Assembly: GCA_951406725.2 (NCBI GenBank)
Contig: OX597833.1
Span: forward strand, 19,282,001-19,346,000
DNA length: 64,000 nt
Direction: 5' to 3'
DNA from: Octopus vulgaris
Lineage: Eukaryota
Every line of letters begins with the position of its first letter. Position 1 is the stretch's first letter. Positions 11,744 through 25,490 of this stretch are shown in pieces. The translations under genes were made by a program, and so were the position numbers. The notes under the pieces were generated by a model that saw only the letters and a list, made by a program, of their open reading frames with translations, was not told the origin of the DNA and did not search any database.

Positions 11744-12168
11744 CTCTTTACTCTTTTACTTGTTTCAGTCATTTGACTGTTGCCATTCTGGAGCACCGCC
11801 TTTAGTCTAGCAAATTGACCCCAGGACTTTTTCTTTGTAAGCCTAGTACTTATTCTATCAGTTTCTTTTGCTGAACCGCTAATTCACGGGGACGTAAACA
11901 CACCAGCTTCGGTTGTCAAGTGATGTTCGGAGGGACAAACACAGACACACAAACATATACACACACACACACACACCCATATAAACATATATATATATAT
12001 ATATATGATGGGCTTCTTTTAGTTTCCGTCTACCAAATCCACTCACAAGGCTTTGGTCGGCCCAAGGCTATAGTAGAAGACACTTGCCCAAGGTGCCAAA
12101 CAGTGGGACTGAACCTGGAACCATGTGGTTGGTAAGCAAGCTACTTACCACACAGCCACTCCTATGCC
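11744..12168 (-). mobile_element. SINE family A, inverted relative to 10906-11338
   Basis: Reverse complement of the family consensus. Confidence 0.9.
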
Positions 12169-12780
12169 TCATTAATACTAAATATTAATTAATCTGAAGA
12201 TTGACTATTTCTGTCTCATATCTCATTGCTGATAATAAAACAAGTAACAATATGATTCAGGATTCAAAGGCAGTGAGCTGGCAGAATTGTTAGCATGCCA
12301 GGCAAAATGCTCCAGCATTTCATCTATATTTACATTCTGAGTTCAAATCCTGCTGAGGTCGACTTTACCTTTCATCCTTTCAAGGTCAATAAAATCAATA
12401 CCAGTTGAGCACTGAGGTTGATCTAACTGACTTACCCTCTTCCCCGAAATTGCTGGCCTTGTGCCAAAATTTGAAACCAATATGGTTTTGAGTTCAAATG
12501 AATGCACCATCTACCACCCAATAGATGACAACCTTGTGCCTGCTGAAAAAATATGCAATTCATAAAGCAGTAAAAACCACTCAAACATGCTTAGTTGAAC
12601 ACAAAAAAAAAAAATAAGAAAAAAAAAAAAACACTTCTGTATGATTAATATTTTGGTTGCAACAAAATTTGAAGAGGGAAAGTTTGCTGTAAACAGGATT
12701 TAAAATGGAAAAACAAGCAATAATAATTAATAAATTGGATAACATGTGGAATGCATTTATGGCCATTATAAAACTGTTTA

Positions 12781-13230
12781 ACCCTTTAGTGTTTAAACGG
12801 GCCATATCTGGCCCAGATATTCTACATGTTTTATATTCAAACTGGCCATATCTAGCCTCTCACACCTAACCTACAGTGACATTCAAAAAATAAACAATCA
12901 CATCATTGAAACCTCAAAGCTATAACATAATGCATGATTAATTCAAAACAATTTGAGTGAAAAAGTATTACATTTAACAGAGTAATCTGAACACTGAAGG
13001 GTTAATCTTTTAGCATTTAATCTGGTCATATCCAGCCCAAATATTCTACTGGTTTTAAGTTAAAACTGACTAGATCCAAACCCTCATACCTACGCTACAA
13101 TATCATTCTAAATATATACAAACACACCATTGGGATCTTAAAGCTACAAAACAAAGTGTGATTAATTTAAAACAATGTGAATAAATAAGCAATACATTTG
13201 ACAAAGAAATTTAAATGCTTATGGTTTATA
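12781..13230. mobile_element. Two adjacent TTAA-flanked MITEs (ttaaccctttag...aagggttaa family); other copies at 22555-22775, 33228-33450, 42981-43199
   Basis: Short TIRs starting CCC with TTAA flanks, piggyBac-type ends. Confidence 0.7.
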
Positions 13231-13304
13231 TTTGAGATACATTAAATAATACAAGGAGCCAACCAAATGTTTATTATTATTATTTTATTGTTGGTATTAT
13301 TACA

Positions 13305-13745
13305 GTGCTGAGCTGGCAGAATTGTTACCGCGCTGGACGAAATGCTGCGTGGTATTTTGCCTGTCACTACATTCTGAGTTCAAATTCTGCTTGAGGTTGA
13401 TTTTTGCCTTTCTTCCTTTCAGGGTCAAAAAAATTGAATACCAGTAAAATATTAGGGTCGATGTAATCAACCGGTCCCCTTCCCCAAAATTTCAGGCCTT
13501 GTGCCTATAGTAGAAAGGGTTATTATTAAGGCAGCAGGCTGGTAGAATCATTAGCATGCTGGACAAAATGTTTAGCAGTATGTTGCTATGTTCTGAGTTC
13601 AAATTCTGCCAAGGTAGACTTTGCCTTTCATCTTTTCAGGGCTGATAAATTAAGTACTAGTCAAGTACTGGGGTTGACATGATCAATCCCCCCACTCATC
13701 CTCCCCACAAAAATCCAGGTCTTGTGCCTATTGTAGGAAGGATTA
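13305..13745 (+). mobile_element. Head-to-tail pair of SINE family B (gagctggcagaatcgttagc...gcctttcatcctttcggggtcgataaa...)
   Basis: Same family at 12268-12480, 31525-31752(-), 38472-38676(-), 48068-48275, 51330-51560, 56716-56917, 61843-62060, 63834-64000. Confidence 0.85.
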
Positions 13746-15422
13746 TTGATATTTTGGAATAAAATGCCTTTCACATATTTCAAAAGTAAAATACAAATCA
13801 GTTCAAATGACAAAAACCATTGAAGTTTTCAACTGAAAACATCAAAGGTTTCATCATTTAATTTAATTTGTTATTCTCTTTCAAATATTGAAGAAAGGTA
13901 TTTTATACAGAAATATCAGAATTATATTGAAACCCTCCACTACACACAGACACATATATTATTAAACAAAGATTTTATTGTAATAATTTTTCATTTAATC
14001 ACAAAAATAAAAAGATAATACCTCACCATAAAAAAATATGTATTGCAGAGCAAAGACTCTGATATGAATCTGAACATTTTGTGCTAGATTCTCTCAAGGA
14101 CCAAATCATACAAACAAAAACAGAAAATATTAAAAAACGTTTTGGAAGGAAGTTTATAGTTTTCCTGACACGCGCAGAAGAGACTTGTAGCTTAATCATC
14201 ATCTGTGATGGGTAAAAACATAATTCTAAAAGAATTTTCGTAAAAAGATAAAAAGGAAAAAGTTACTTTGTTGTGTCTAGGGAAGGTCATTATGCCACTA
14301 TAATTAATACATGCACTAGTTCAGTTCCACTTCTTTATTATTAGTGAATTGGTTAAATATCCAACTAACCAATCAATTGTTTGTTAACTTGGTTAATTAG
14401 TAAGTCATTTGCAAGTAGCAACGAAAGAGTTTTGACAAACAAATACAAAACAAATGATTTACTGTTTAACCAAGTTAATCAAACAATCAATTTGTTTCAC
14501 TATGATAGATCGCTAGCCACTACACATTCTATATTTTCTCTCCTTGTTTCTTTCTGTGTAAGAGCGTATGCTCGAAACATTAAAGATTTTTTCACTTCCA
14601 GAGCATTATACTAATACATCTGTTTGTTGTCTACACCACTTGTCTTTGTCTTTTGTTTTTTTTTTTGTGAATTCTCTCCATATATTACATGCTCACGTGG
14701 TCACATCAGTTGATCCTGTCTCCTCTCATCACCCACGAATTCTACACTTCTACGGATTCTACCTGTCTTCTCTCATCACCCACCAACTTCTACTGGACTT
14801 TCTACACTTCAGCTGCACCTCTCCTGCCTATGGATTACACTGAACTCCTCTGTTGACGAAGAATCCATTAGTTAGTTGGATATTCAACCAATAGACTAAT
14901 AATAAGGGAGAGGAACTGAACCAGTGTGAGTGTTAATAATACTGGCATAATGACTCTCTAGACACAGCAAAATTTGTATCAATACATGAATTCACATAAA
15001 GAATCTTGTACACCAACTACAAAAATGAAAAAGAAAAAGTTACTGCCAGTTGCGAACTCTGAAACGAAGATGGGAGGAAGAAGAGAAGAGAAAGATAAAG
15101 AAGGGGAGGCTCTGGAAAATAGAAGTTTTGAAAAACTCTTTAATTGATTTTTAATTAATATTTAAAACATAAATTCAGAGCTGGAAAAAATTACAGTAAT
15201 ATGCTTATTTCAAAATTCCACCTTAGAATTATTGCAAACCAGAGTGCCCACCCAGTATGTTCTGAAGTTGCCCTCTCCCTACCTGAAAGCATCAAAGACT
15301 GCTGATTGGCCTGTATAAAAATGTATGAATGGTTCTCTATATAAAAATGTGTGAATTGGTATTTCTACAGAACAATGACAATAGCAGTGAACATAGCAAT
15401 TTCAGTGAGGAATTCTCTACAT

Positions 15423-15602
15423 CAGTGGTTCCCAAACTTTTTAGAGTCTCAACCCACTATTTATCACACCAGTTTATGACGACCCACTTAACTCTACTGA
15501 ACTATCTCAATAGACAGCAGTTAATCAAAGCTAATGCGTAATTTTATAACTTTTTGCGACCCACTAAGATTCCGTTTGCGACTCATAGTTTGGGAACCAC
15601 TG
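15423..15602. mobile_element. hAT (Charlie-type) MITE
   Basis: 16-bp TIR cagtggttcccaaact/agtttgggaaccactg with a perfect 8-bp TSD ctctacat. Confidence 0.92.
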
Positions 15603-15699
15603 CTCTACATGGTTACTCAACATGCTAGAAATAGCAACCAAATCACCTCCACACTACACTGTCATCTGCAATAATTCTTTGAATGTGTATTTCACCTGT

Positions 15700-16268
15700 C
15701 GCTAAGTTCTGAGTTTAAATTCCGCCAAGGTCGTCTTTGCCTTTCATCTGTTCAGGGTCGATAAATCAAGTACCAGTGAAACACTGGGGTTGATGTAATC
15801 GACTCATCCCCTCCCCCAAAATGTCTGCCCTTGTGGCAAAACTTGAAACCATTATTATTGTTGTTGTTGTTGAAAGCTACCAGAATTGTTAGCTTGGTGG
15901 CATTTTGTGCATCTTTACGTTCTGGGTTCAAATTCTGTTGAGGTTGACTTTGCCTTTTGTCCTTTCAGGGTCGATAAATTAAGTACCAGTGAAACACTGG
16001 GGTCAATGTTATTGACTATCCCCTCCTCCAAATTTCAGGCCTTGTGCCTATAGTAGAAAGGATTATTATTATTGTGGTAAGCTAGCAGAATCATTTGCTT
16101 AGCAGCATTTCGTCCATCTTTAAGTTCTGGGTTCAAATTCCGCTGAGGTCGACTTTCCCTTTCATCCTTCCAGGGTCAATAAGATAAGTGCCACTTGAGA
16201 ATTGGGGTTGATGAAATCAACTTACCCCTTTCCCCCAGACTTTCTGGCTTTGTGCCAAAATTTGAAAT
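15700..16268 (+). mobile_element. Three head-to-tail SINE family B copies
   Basis: Repeated ttctg(a/g)gttcaaattc...ctttcatcc...gtcgataaa...aagtaccag core separated by (tta)n tails. Confidence 0.85.
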
Positions 16269-16915
16269 CACTACCACCATTACCATTTAATGCTCGCGAT
16301 ACCAGAGGGCGCAAACTCTCCTATCCTGATGTAATCTCCAGGGATACAGGCATCCAGCAACAGGACCTCCGTAATGCTATGATGGACTGGGAAGTCTGGC
16401 GTAACATAGTAAATTCCATTGTCTCGACCACAGTCAAACAATGATGATGATTTAAAACTGTTTGATTTGGCCGTATGCAGCTTAAAGTCTTACAGGCTCC
16501 TTGCAGAAACCTGGGTCGTCGGGCTCAGGGAATCAATTCAGCTATACAAGCCTCACTAGGTAGGTTATTGTAAGGAGCCTACAAAATTCTAAGTTGCATG
16601 GGGATGAATCAAACTGCTGCAAACAATGATAGACGTAACTCCAACTAAATGTGGTGAGTGGCTCCTTTCATTTGTCCACTCACTCCTAGGTATGTAAGTA
16701 TGTATGTAAATATTCTTTTACTTGTTTCAGTCATTTTGACTGTGGCCATGCTGGAGCACCGCCTTTAGTCGAGCAAATCGACCCCAGGACTTATTCTTTG
16801 TAAGCCTAGTACTTATTCTATCAGTCTCTTTTGTCGAACTGCTAAGTTACGGGGATGTAAACACACCAGCATCGGTTGTCAAGTGATGTTGGGGGGACAA
16901 ACACAGACATATACG

Positions 16916-16958
<43 letters not shown>

Positions 16959-17216
16959 CACCCACTACACTCACGGAGTGGTTGGCGTTAGGAAGGGCAT
17001 CCAGCCGTAGAAACACTGCCAGATTTGACTGGGCCTGATGAAGCCTTCTGGCTTCACAGGCACCCCAGTAGAACCGTCCAACCCATGCTAGCATGGAAAA
17101 CGGACGCTAAATGATGATGATGATGATGATGATGATATATATGTTATCCCATGGTGGGTTGAATTTTCAACCCCTATCTCATTTTATAACCTATATATAA
17201 ATATATATATATATAC

Positions 17217-17255
<39 letters not shown>

Positions 17256-18247
17256 CGACGGGCTTCTTTCAGTTTCCGTCCACCAAATCCACTCCCAAGG
17301 CTTTGGTCGGCCCAAGGCTATAGTAGAAGACACTTGCCCAAGGTGCCACGCAGTGGGACTGAACCTGGAACCATGTGGTTGATAAGCAAGCTACTTACCA
17401 CACAGCCACTCCTACGCCTATATGTATACAAAATATGTATATATTTTGTTTGTGTTTGTATTGCGAGATTCTTCATGTGACCTTTTTTTAAAAAATTTTG
17501 TTGCATGTTAGGAGGGTCATCAGGCCAACAATAAACACATGTACTGGTTTTATTTCACTTCTTCATTTTTGAAGAAGCCTGAAGTAGAGTATGTCACTGA
17601 TGAGATCACAAATGAAAAGAACTTTGACAAAACTAGGCGATTTATTGATGATTAAACAATTGATAATTTAATTGGTTAAATGATTAACCAATCGACTAAT
17701 GAATATAAAAAAGTGAACAAGAACCAGTGTGTGTGTTTCCTTTTATATGTATGTATATGTGCATTCCTGCATTTATTTATTATGCTTGAAGCTCAACAAC
17801 ACACAATTTTCACCGGTAAGAGTAAAGATCCTAAAATAGGGAAATTTGAAGGATTGTTCTGATACAAGAGATGTAGGTTCAAGTTCCAGGGGCAGTATTC
17901 AACTTTTTCTATCCAAAGGTTTGTTTTTTTTTAAGCCAATATTTAGATGCTACTATTTATAGCTTATCTGCTTCAAGATTCAATGTTCTATAAAAGCACT
18001 ATTTCAGGTTCCGCTGAAGTTCGTAAAATTCCTATCCTGTCAATGACAAATATCATATTTAATATTACATAATTGTTTTCATATCTTGGGAAATTTTTAG
18101 TTTTATAAGGTTATTCATTGAGTTAGATGTTTCATTTAATTGAAGAATTGTACGTTTAGAAGATTAGCTTAACTTCTTGTTCAGTGAGTACTTTTAGGAT
18201 GAGCTATATAAAAGATGTTAATAGAAATGGTATATATATATATATAT

Positions 18248-18643
18248 TGTTGCCAGAGCAGCTAACTGGCTTCTGTGCCGGTGGCAGGTAAAAAGCACCA
18301 TTCGAGCGTGATCATTACCAGCGTTGCCTTACTGACACTTGGGCTGATGGCACGTGAAAAAACATTCCAGCAAGGTCGTTGCCAGTGTCGCTGGACTGGC
18401 TCCTGTGCAGGTGGCACATAAACACCATTTGAGCATGGCTGTTGCCAGTACTGCCTGACTGGCCCGTAAAAGCACCCACTACACTCTCGGAGTGGTTGGC
18501 ATTAGGAAGGGCATCCAGCTGTAGAAACTCTACCAGATCAAGATTGGAGCCTGGTACAGCCATCCGGTTTGCCAGTCCTCAGTCAAATCATCCAACCCAT
18601 GCTAGCATGGAAAGCGGACGTTAAACGATGAAGATGATGATGA
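18248..18643 (+). mobile_element. RTE-LINE 3'-end-derived repeat with (gat)n tail; also 16955-17135, 32357-32650, 48291-48569, 50061-50322
   Basis: Shared cacccactacactc...gaagggcatccagc...gcatggaaa...gatgatgat end. Confidence 0.8.
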
Positions 18644-20099
18644 TATAGGATAAAATTAAAGTTTAAATTTAAAATTTACATGTTGGGTGTGTCCCTAGTA
18701 GTATGATGATGATAAAGCACATTCACTGCTTATGGCTACCTGGCATCATCCACAGTAATAGCACAATCATTGTTGGATCGGTGTTAGGAATTCCTTAGTG
18801 CACGTTGAATATAGTAGACACAACAGATGGAGTATACTGGAAACTTTGTTTATCACAACGATCATTTTGACACATCCTGCATCGCTCTCTTGCGGGTGGG
18901 AAACTATACCATGAATTACGGTGCAGAAGCATCCCATCAGGTGTAGATGTACTTTTATAACATTTTGACTCAGCTCCATAAGACTTAATGTTACATGGGT
19001 GCACAGGACATACCCATCTCATCAAATATGGTGACAGACTTCACGAAATGACTGAAAAATCCAATAACCTGGAAGATACTAATGCATCTACCAAGCAGGT
19101 AATAACTGTAGATTACTGTCTCAAACAATGTGATCTTGTTATGATCTAAAGTTGTAATAAAATTAGTAAAGATGTTCCACAAGGATCTGAAGTTTTTATA
19201 TATTGAGGCCTACTCACTATTCTTTCAGGTGAAAGACTCATAGGGCTGGCTCCCAGGTTTCTGTGGCACATATATTTTCCCTTCCTGGATAGAACACCAG
19301 TCCATCACAGGATTACTCGCTTTTGTCAGCTGAGTGAACTGAAGCAATATGAAATGAAGTGTTTTGCTCAAGAACACACTGCATCACCAGGGCCAGGAAT
19401 CGAAACCACAATATTACAATCACGAGTCCAATACCCTAACCCCTCAGCAAATCACCTCCACATCAACTGAAATGCAGGAGGGAACAGGTTATATCTCGGA
19501 TGAAACCAAGGTTGCTTCAAAAAACAACCATTTGCTGCAGTTTCTTGAGTTTTTTTCATAGGCGCAGGGGTGGCTGTGTGGTAAGTAGATTGCTTACCAA
19601 CAACATGGTTCTCGGTTCAGTCTCACTACGTGGCACCTTGGGCAAGTGTCTTCTACTATAGCTTCGGGCCGACCAATGCTTTGAGTGGAATTGGTAGACA
19701 GAAACTGAAAGAAGCCCGTCGTATGAATGTATATATATATATGTGTGCGCGTGTGTGTTTGTGTGTCTAGCATTGCTTGACAACCGATGCTGGTGTGTTT
19801 ATGTCCCCGTCACTTAGCGGTTCGGCAGAAGAGACCGATAGGATAAGTACTGGGCTTACAAAGAATAAGTCCCGGGGTCGATTTGCTCGACTAAAAGCGA
19901 TGCTCCAGCATGGCTGCAGTCAAATGACTGAAACAAGTAAAAGAGAGTAAAAAAAAGAGAGTATTGTCTGCAGTTTCTTGAGTGTATCTCATGAAGCACT
20001 CCATATTCAACACGATACTCTTTGTCTTACTGTTGCATCCCTGGGGTGGTTCCATAAAGTTGCCAATATTGTTACTGAAGAATTCAATCATAAGCATTA

Positions 20100-21130
20100 T
20101 TTCCAGTGGTTACTCCAGCAGGTCTTCAATAGATGAACTCGAGTCTAACTTCTCCAAATCCGTATTTCACTTTCATTGGCAAGCACAAGGGTACATTTGA
20201 AGAATTCCACCAGTATCATTCTTCTTTAAATTCTAAGAAATCATCACAGAAGTCTTCGAGACATAGTTTCTTCCAAATTTTGTCCTAGATTATTTTGATA
20301 TACATGACCTTCGTGATATCAGATTTTTTTTTTATCTTGGTCATTTGTCCTCTCAACAAGTTCTTTGAGAGTGTAAGAGACAGCAGGTCATTATGTCAAA
20401 ATTAGAATCCTATCCATGGACTTGAGTAAAGTAGTGGCATTTGGTGATAGGCAAACTAATTCAACAAGAATACAGGTCTTGAGGGTGTCAAGATTCTGGA
20501 GTTTATCAAACACAAATGTTACCTTATGGAAAAGGTTGTGTTCTTCAAACTGATTTTTTTTTTCACTGTTGGGTAAAAATATGAAACACCACAGTATGAA
20601 ATTTTCTATAATAACCCAGGCTTTTTAGTTTGATTTTCCAATCACATGCAGAGCCATAATTAACATTGCTCTCATTGATCATCAGTACATCTGAATGATA
20701 AATGAACAATTGCTTCAGTCTGAAATCTTTTAAAGCAATACCACCAAATAGTAGGGTTAAATGGTCTTTTCCAGCCTTGACCCAAAAAGCATTTAAAAAA
20801 ATTTTTCCTAAAGACTAAAAATGCAGGATGACATTCATTTTTAGATAATGTTTTTCATTTATATAGAATAAAAGTCAGGGAGGGTATTTACCACACTCAA
20901 AAATAACCTTAAGAACCAAAAGAAATTCCTTGGTTCCCTGGGGTTTACACTTTCAGCTTTACCATACATACAGAGGTTTTGCAGTGTTGGACTCTTTGAA
21001 ACCAACCTCTGCTAATAGTAAATGTTTCTGAATTATTTAATTCTTCTAGTAAGTGATTAAAGATGCTCCTTGGTTTTGCATTGTATGTTGACTTGATGGC
21101 ATGCTGCATTCCTTCTTCAGCTACCTCCAT
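20100..21130 (-). mobile_element. Decayed Tigger/pogo-like DDE transposase remnant
   Basis: Broken peptides ISRGWFQR, KAGKDHLTLLFGG and LSPNATTLLKSMD resemble pogo/Tigger motifs (SxGWFxRF, KDRxTLL, PxNTTxxLQPMD). Confidence 0.6.
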
Positions 21131-23619
21131 AGGAAATATAGTTGATATTTTCCCAAAAGTTTACTCTTTGAACAAATCACTTCAATGATATTGAGATTTT
21201 CAAAGCACTTTTCACAATTGTTCTAACCATTCATTCACTGGTAGAATGTGTCATACAAAACATGTTTTACTCTTAGCATTTTTAAGAAAAGCTTATATTT
21301 AGGAAGTTATTTCACATTAAAGTTCTTGTATTTCGGTAATTTCAACCAATCAATGACGTGTATTCAGCTGAATGAAATTACTGAATACACGTCATTGATT
21401 GGTTGAAATTACCGAAATAGGCCTACTTTGACATGAAATTAGCTGCATACATCAAATACTTGCAAACTTTTCAAGTTCTTGAACACTTACAATTTTATAT
21501 CCACCATGATGCTTCTCCTTCATTATTTACATGAATTTTTCAGCACTTGGGAGTTGGAGGCTACTTTCCATGCAAGATATGCATAGCAAAACGACATGAG
21601 CATACTATCACATACAACAGAATTGTTCAAATGTGAATCAGTTTCTAACATGATAGCACACAACTATAACTAATTATGTCTGCTGTAGGCATGAAACCTG
21701 AAATTTTGCAGGTGGTGGCTGTTAGTTGATTAGAGACCCCAGAGCTCAACTGGTATTTATTGCATCAAATGCAAAAGGACGAAAAGCAAAGCCAACCTTG
21801 GTGGAATTTGAACTCAGAACTTAAAGATGAATGAAATGCTACTAAGCATTTAGTGTTAGTGGACGTATTACTGTGTGTTTATACCATATATATTGTGAAA
21901 CCTTTTTGAGAACTGAATTTTCACTAAAAAAATGTCACCAAAGGAAAATTATTAAATTAAATAGGTCCAAAAATCTCAATTACTTAAGTATTCTCGCATG
22001 ATAATTTCTCAGTAATTGGTTAAATTTACAGTCTATGTTCTAAAGCAATTATTAAATCAATTTCTTTTTTCTTTTTGAAATTGTTAAATGCAAAGTCTAT
22101 TGTGACATGTATATATATATATATATTTAAAAATACAGTTTTCTGTATATTAACAGTTTTATTATTATATTCAATACTTTTACATAAGATAAAAATATTT
22201 TCTGTGTTCATCAGGTTATGGGCACACTAGTACCCATTTTCTATATACAAATCAACCTTGTGTTTCCTCAAAAAGAAACAATAGTTTACTTCTGTTTTGA
22301 CCTGACTGGTTCACTCTTTTGTTGGCCTGTTTATTTTAATATCCTGCAGTAGGTACCCTTAAAATAAGGACCCCACAGACTGGAGGAGGGGGATAACTAA
22401 ATACACTTAATATTTTGGTAGTTTTACAGCACTGGTTCTTAACCCGAGTGGTAATGCCCTCATAGAAGTTGCTAATGTGAAGGAGGAACCATAGTGGAGA
22501 AGAGAACACTGGGTGTTTAGAGGGCTTGCAATTTTTTCAGAGAAAAATATTTCACCCTTTAGCATTTAAACTGGTCACATCTATACCAAATATTCTACCA
22601 GTCTCATGTTGAAACTGACTAGATCCTGTCTCTCACACCTACTGTACAATGCCACTCTACAAATGAACAGTCACATCATTAAAGTCTCAAAACTACAAGA
22701 TAATATATGATTAATTCACAACAATGTGAATAAACAAGCATTACATTTCACTGATTAATCTGAAAGCTAACGGGTTATACCTAGTACAGTTCTTATATTA
22801 GGAAATTAGAAACACATTTCCAAAATGTCTTTGTTAAGATTAAAGTATGAATGGACATGAAGTTATCAGTGAGCAAGAACACAACTGATTTTTTCTTTTA
22901 TTGCATCAAGGTCCAATATAATTTCATTAAGTCTTCACCTTTATTAGTTATTTCCATAAAAAAAATTAACACAGTAACACTAAAAACAAATATATGATGG
23001 ATGTGACAGAAGAAAACTAACTTTCGTTTGATTAAAATAAGCCTTGAGCGAATTTGGTAGATGGAAACTGAAAGAAGCCCATCATGTGTATACGTCTGTG
23101 ACTCTTTGAATTAACATCTCATGATTGTTGTAAAAGAGTGTTATTCATTTCAAATATTCTCCAAAGGCATATCTAGCTCTGGGGAAATAAACCTTACTTG
23201 GAAACAACTAAGGATTGGCAATGAGAAGGGCATCCAGCAGCAGAAATCTATCTCAAATTCTGTGCAAGTCATGCAAGCACAGAAAAGTGGACCTTAAACT
23301 GATGATGATAGGGTTTCATCAAAATACTGTGAGTGCATCTTTTGAACACCATTCCATGAATGGAAGACACTGAGCTACGAAAGGTTAAGAAGCGCCATTT
23401 TACAATGAATTATCTTTTTTTTTTGTTGTTCTTGTTTCTAATAAAATAATCTATTTTATTAACATAAGTGCAGGAGTGGCTGTGTGGTAAGTAGCTTGCT
23501 TACCAACCACATGGTTCCAGGTTCAGTCCCACTGCGTGGCACCTTGCGCAAGTGTCTTCTACTATAGCCTCGGGCCGACCAAAGCCTTGAGTGGATTTGG
23601 AAGACGGAAAGCGAAAGAA

Positions 23620-23658
<39 letters not shown>

Positions 23659-24400
23659 TGTGTGTGTATATGTTTGTGCGTCTGTGTTTGTCCCCCCAAC
23701 ATCACTTGACAACCGATGCTGGTGTGTTTACATCCCCGTAACTTAGTGGTTCGGCAAAAGAGACTGATAGAATAAGTACTAGGCTAACAGAGAATAAGTC
23801 CTGGGGTCTATTTGCTTGACTAAAGGCGGTGCTCCAGCATGGCCACAGTCAAATGACTGAAACAAGTAAAAGAATATTTAATCTAGAATAATCTAAAACA
23901 GACCCCGTCTCTGCAAACAAATACCTTTTTGGTTAACAATCAGAACTTTTACTGGTTTATCTGTGAAGAAAAACAAGCTTTTGAATATAATGAATGATTT
24001 GTGAGATGAAAATGAAGATGATATTTAAGTAAAGGAATGTTAGCTGAAAGAACAGAGAGAGAGAGAAATAGCTTCCACAGAACTCAAGACAAACTGTTGT
24101 TACGAGGTTTGTCAATTGAAATAGATCCCAGCATATTTTAAGTATTAAGTGTATTTTATCAGAAATCAGAAAGAAGCCAAGTAAAAATTAAGGGAACTAC
24201 ATAGGCATAGGTATGATTGCGATTAAGGTCACTTTGCAACCACATAGTTTTGGGTTCAGTCCCACTGCACAGCACCTTGAACAAGTGTCTTTTACTATAA
24301 GCCTTGGGTTGATCAATGCCTTGTGAGTGACTGCAGTAGAGGCAAGCCATTTGGAAGCTTCCCATATTAAAATCGGTGGACTTATTTGTTGAGGACAGCA

Positions 24401-24781
24401 GATAATTTTTTGTAACTAAACACTTTCAAATTTCGGACACTGGTAGAATGTCTCATATAAAACATATTCTACTCTTAACATTTTTTAGAAAAGCTTATAT
24501 TTAGGAAGTTATTTCATGTTAAAGTTCTTGGATTTCAGTAATTTCAACCAATCAATGACGTGTATTCAGCTGAATAAAATTACTGAATACATGTCATTGA
24601 TTGGTTGAAATTACCGAAATAGGCCTACTTTGACGTGAAATTACTTCGTAAATATAAGCTTTTCTCAAAAATGCTAAGAGTAAAACATATTTTATGACAC
24701 ATTCTACCAGTGTCCGAAATTTGAAAGTGTTTAGTTACAAAAAATTATTTTTAAAATCTGTACGTCAAAAGGTAAAGATCC
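24401..24781. mobile_element. Foldback element with long TIRs; relatives at 21235-21435 and 56108-56636
   Basis: aattttttgtaactaaacactttc...ccaatcaatgacgtg is mirrored by cattgattgg...gaaagtgtttagttacaaaaaatt. Confidence 0.85.
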
Positions 24782-24991
24782 CAGATGAATGTTCCACAGC
24801 TTCCTGCTGAACAACCTGCACAGGTAATTTGTTTATATCAATCAAACGTCAGGTGCCAGCGATTGCAGAGCAACATAAAAATGAAGTGTTTTGCTCAAGA
24901 ACTCAATACACTGCCTGGCCCTGATCTTGCGGTTTTGAATGCTACATGCCTTCTCTATCTCACACACACTTACTTGTACTTGTGGCGACAT

Positions 24992-25490
24992 TCACCCTGG
25001 GCGGGTTGAGTCGGCTTCTACTACTCTCGAGGCATCTTGAACCATGGCAGCCCACGCATGATGGTCCTGCGTCAGTTCACTGGAGATAGCGAGCCAGTCA
25101 CAGTTCCATCGGCGCAGACCGACCACCTGCGGTCCCGTGAGCATGGAGAGGTCCTCCTTGATCATCGTAACCCAGGTCTTCAGCTGCCCGCCCGCGCGTT
25201 TCTGCCAGTTGGGAAGTGGAGTTGGGAGAAGGACATCATGGCTCAGTTCACCCACCGGACGCCTACATGCATGGCCAAACCACCGCAAGTGCCGTTGCAG
25301 AAGGACAGATGGAAGGGGCCACAGAGACAGGCGAAGTCGGAGATAGGCAGTGGGAACTCGATCCACCCGATGGCAGCGAAGAATGCACTGGAACCAGTCA
25401 TTGTCGAAGACTTCCAGCCTTCATTGATCGACCACCCGCATAGGCCACGTTTCACAGCCATAGAGAAGTACTGTAAGAACAGTACACACA
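24992..25490 (-). mobile_element. RTE-clade LINE ORF2 3' fragment (GC-rich, frameshifted)
   Basis: RHLRWFGHACRR...KRAGGQLKTW motif. Confidence 0.8.
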
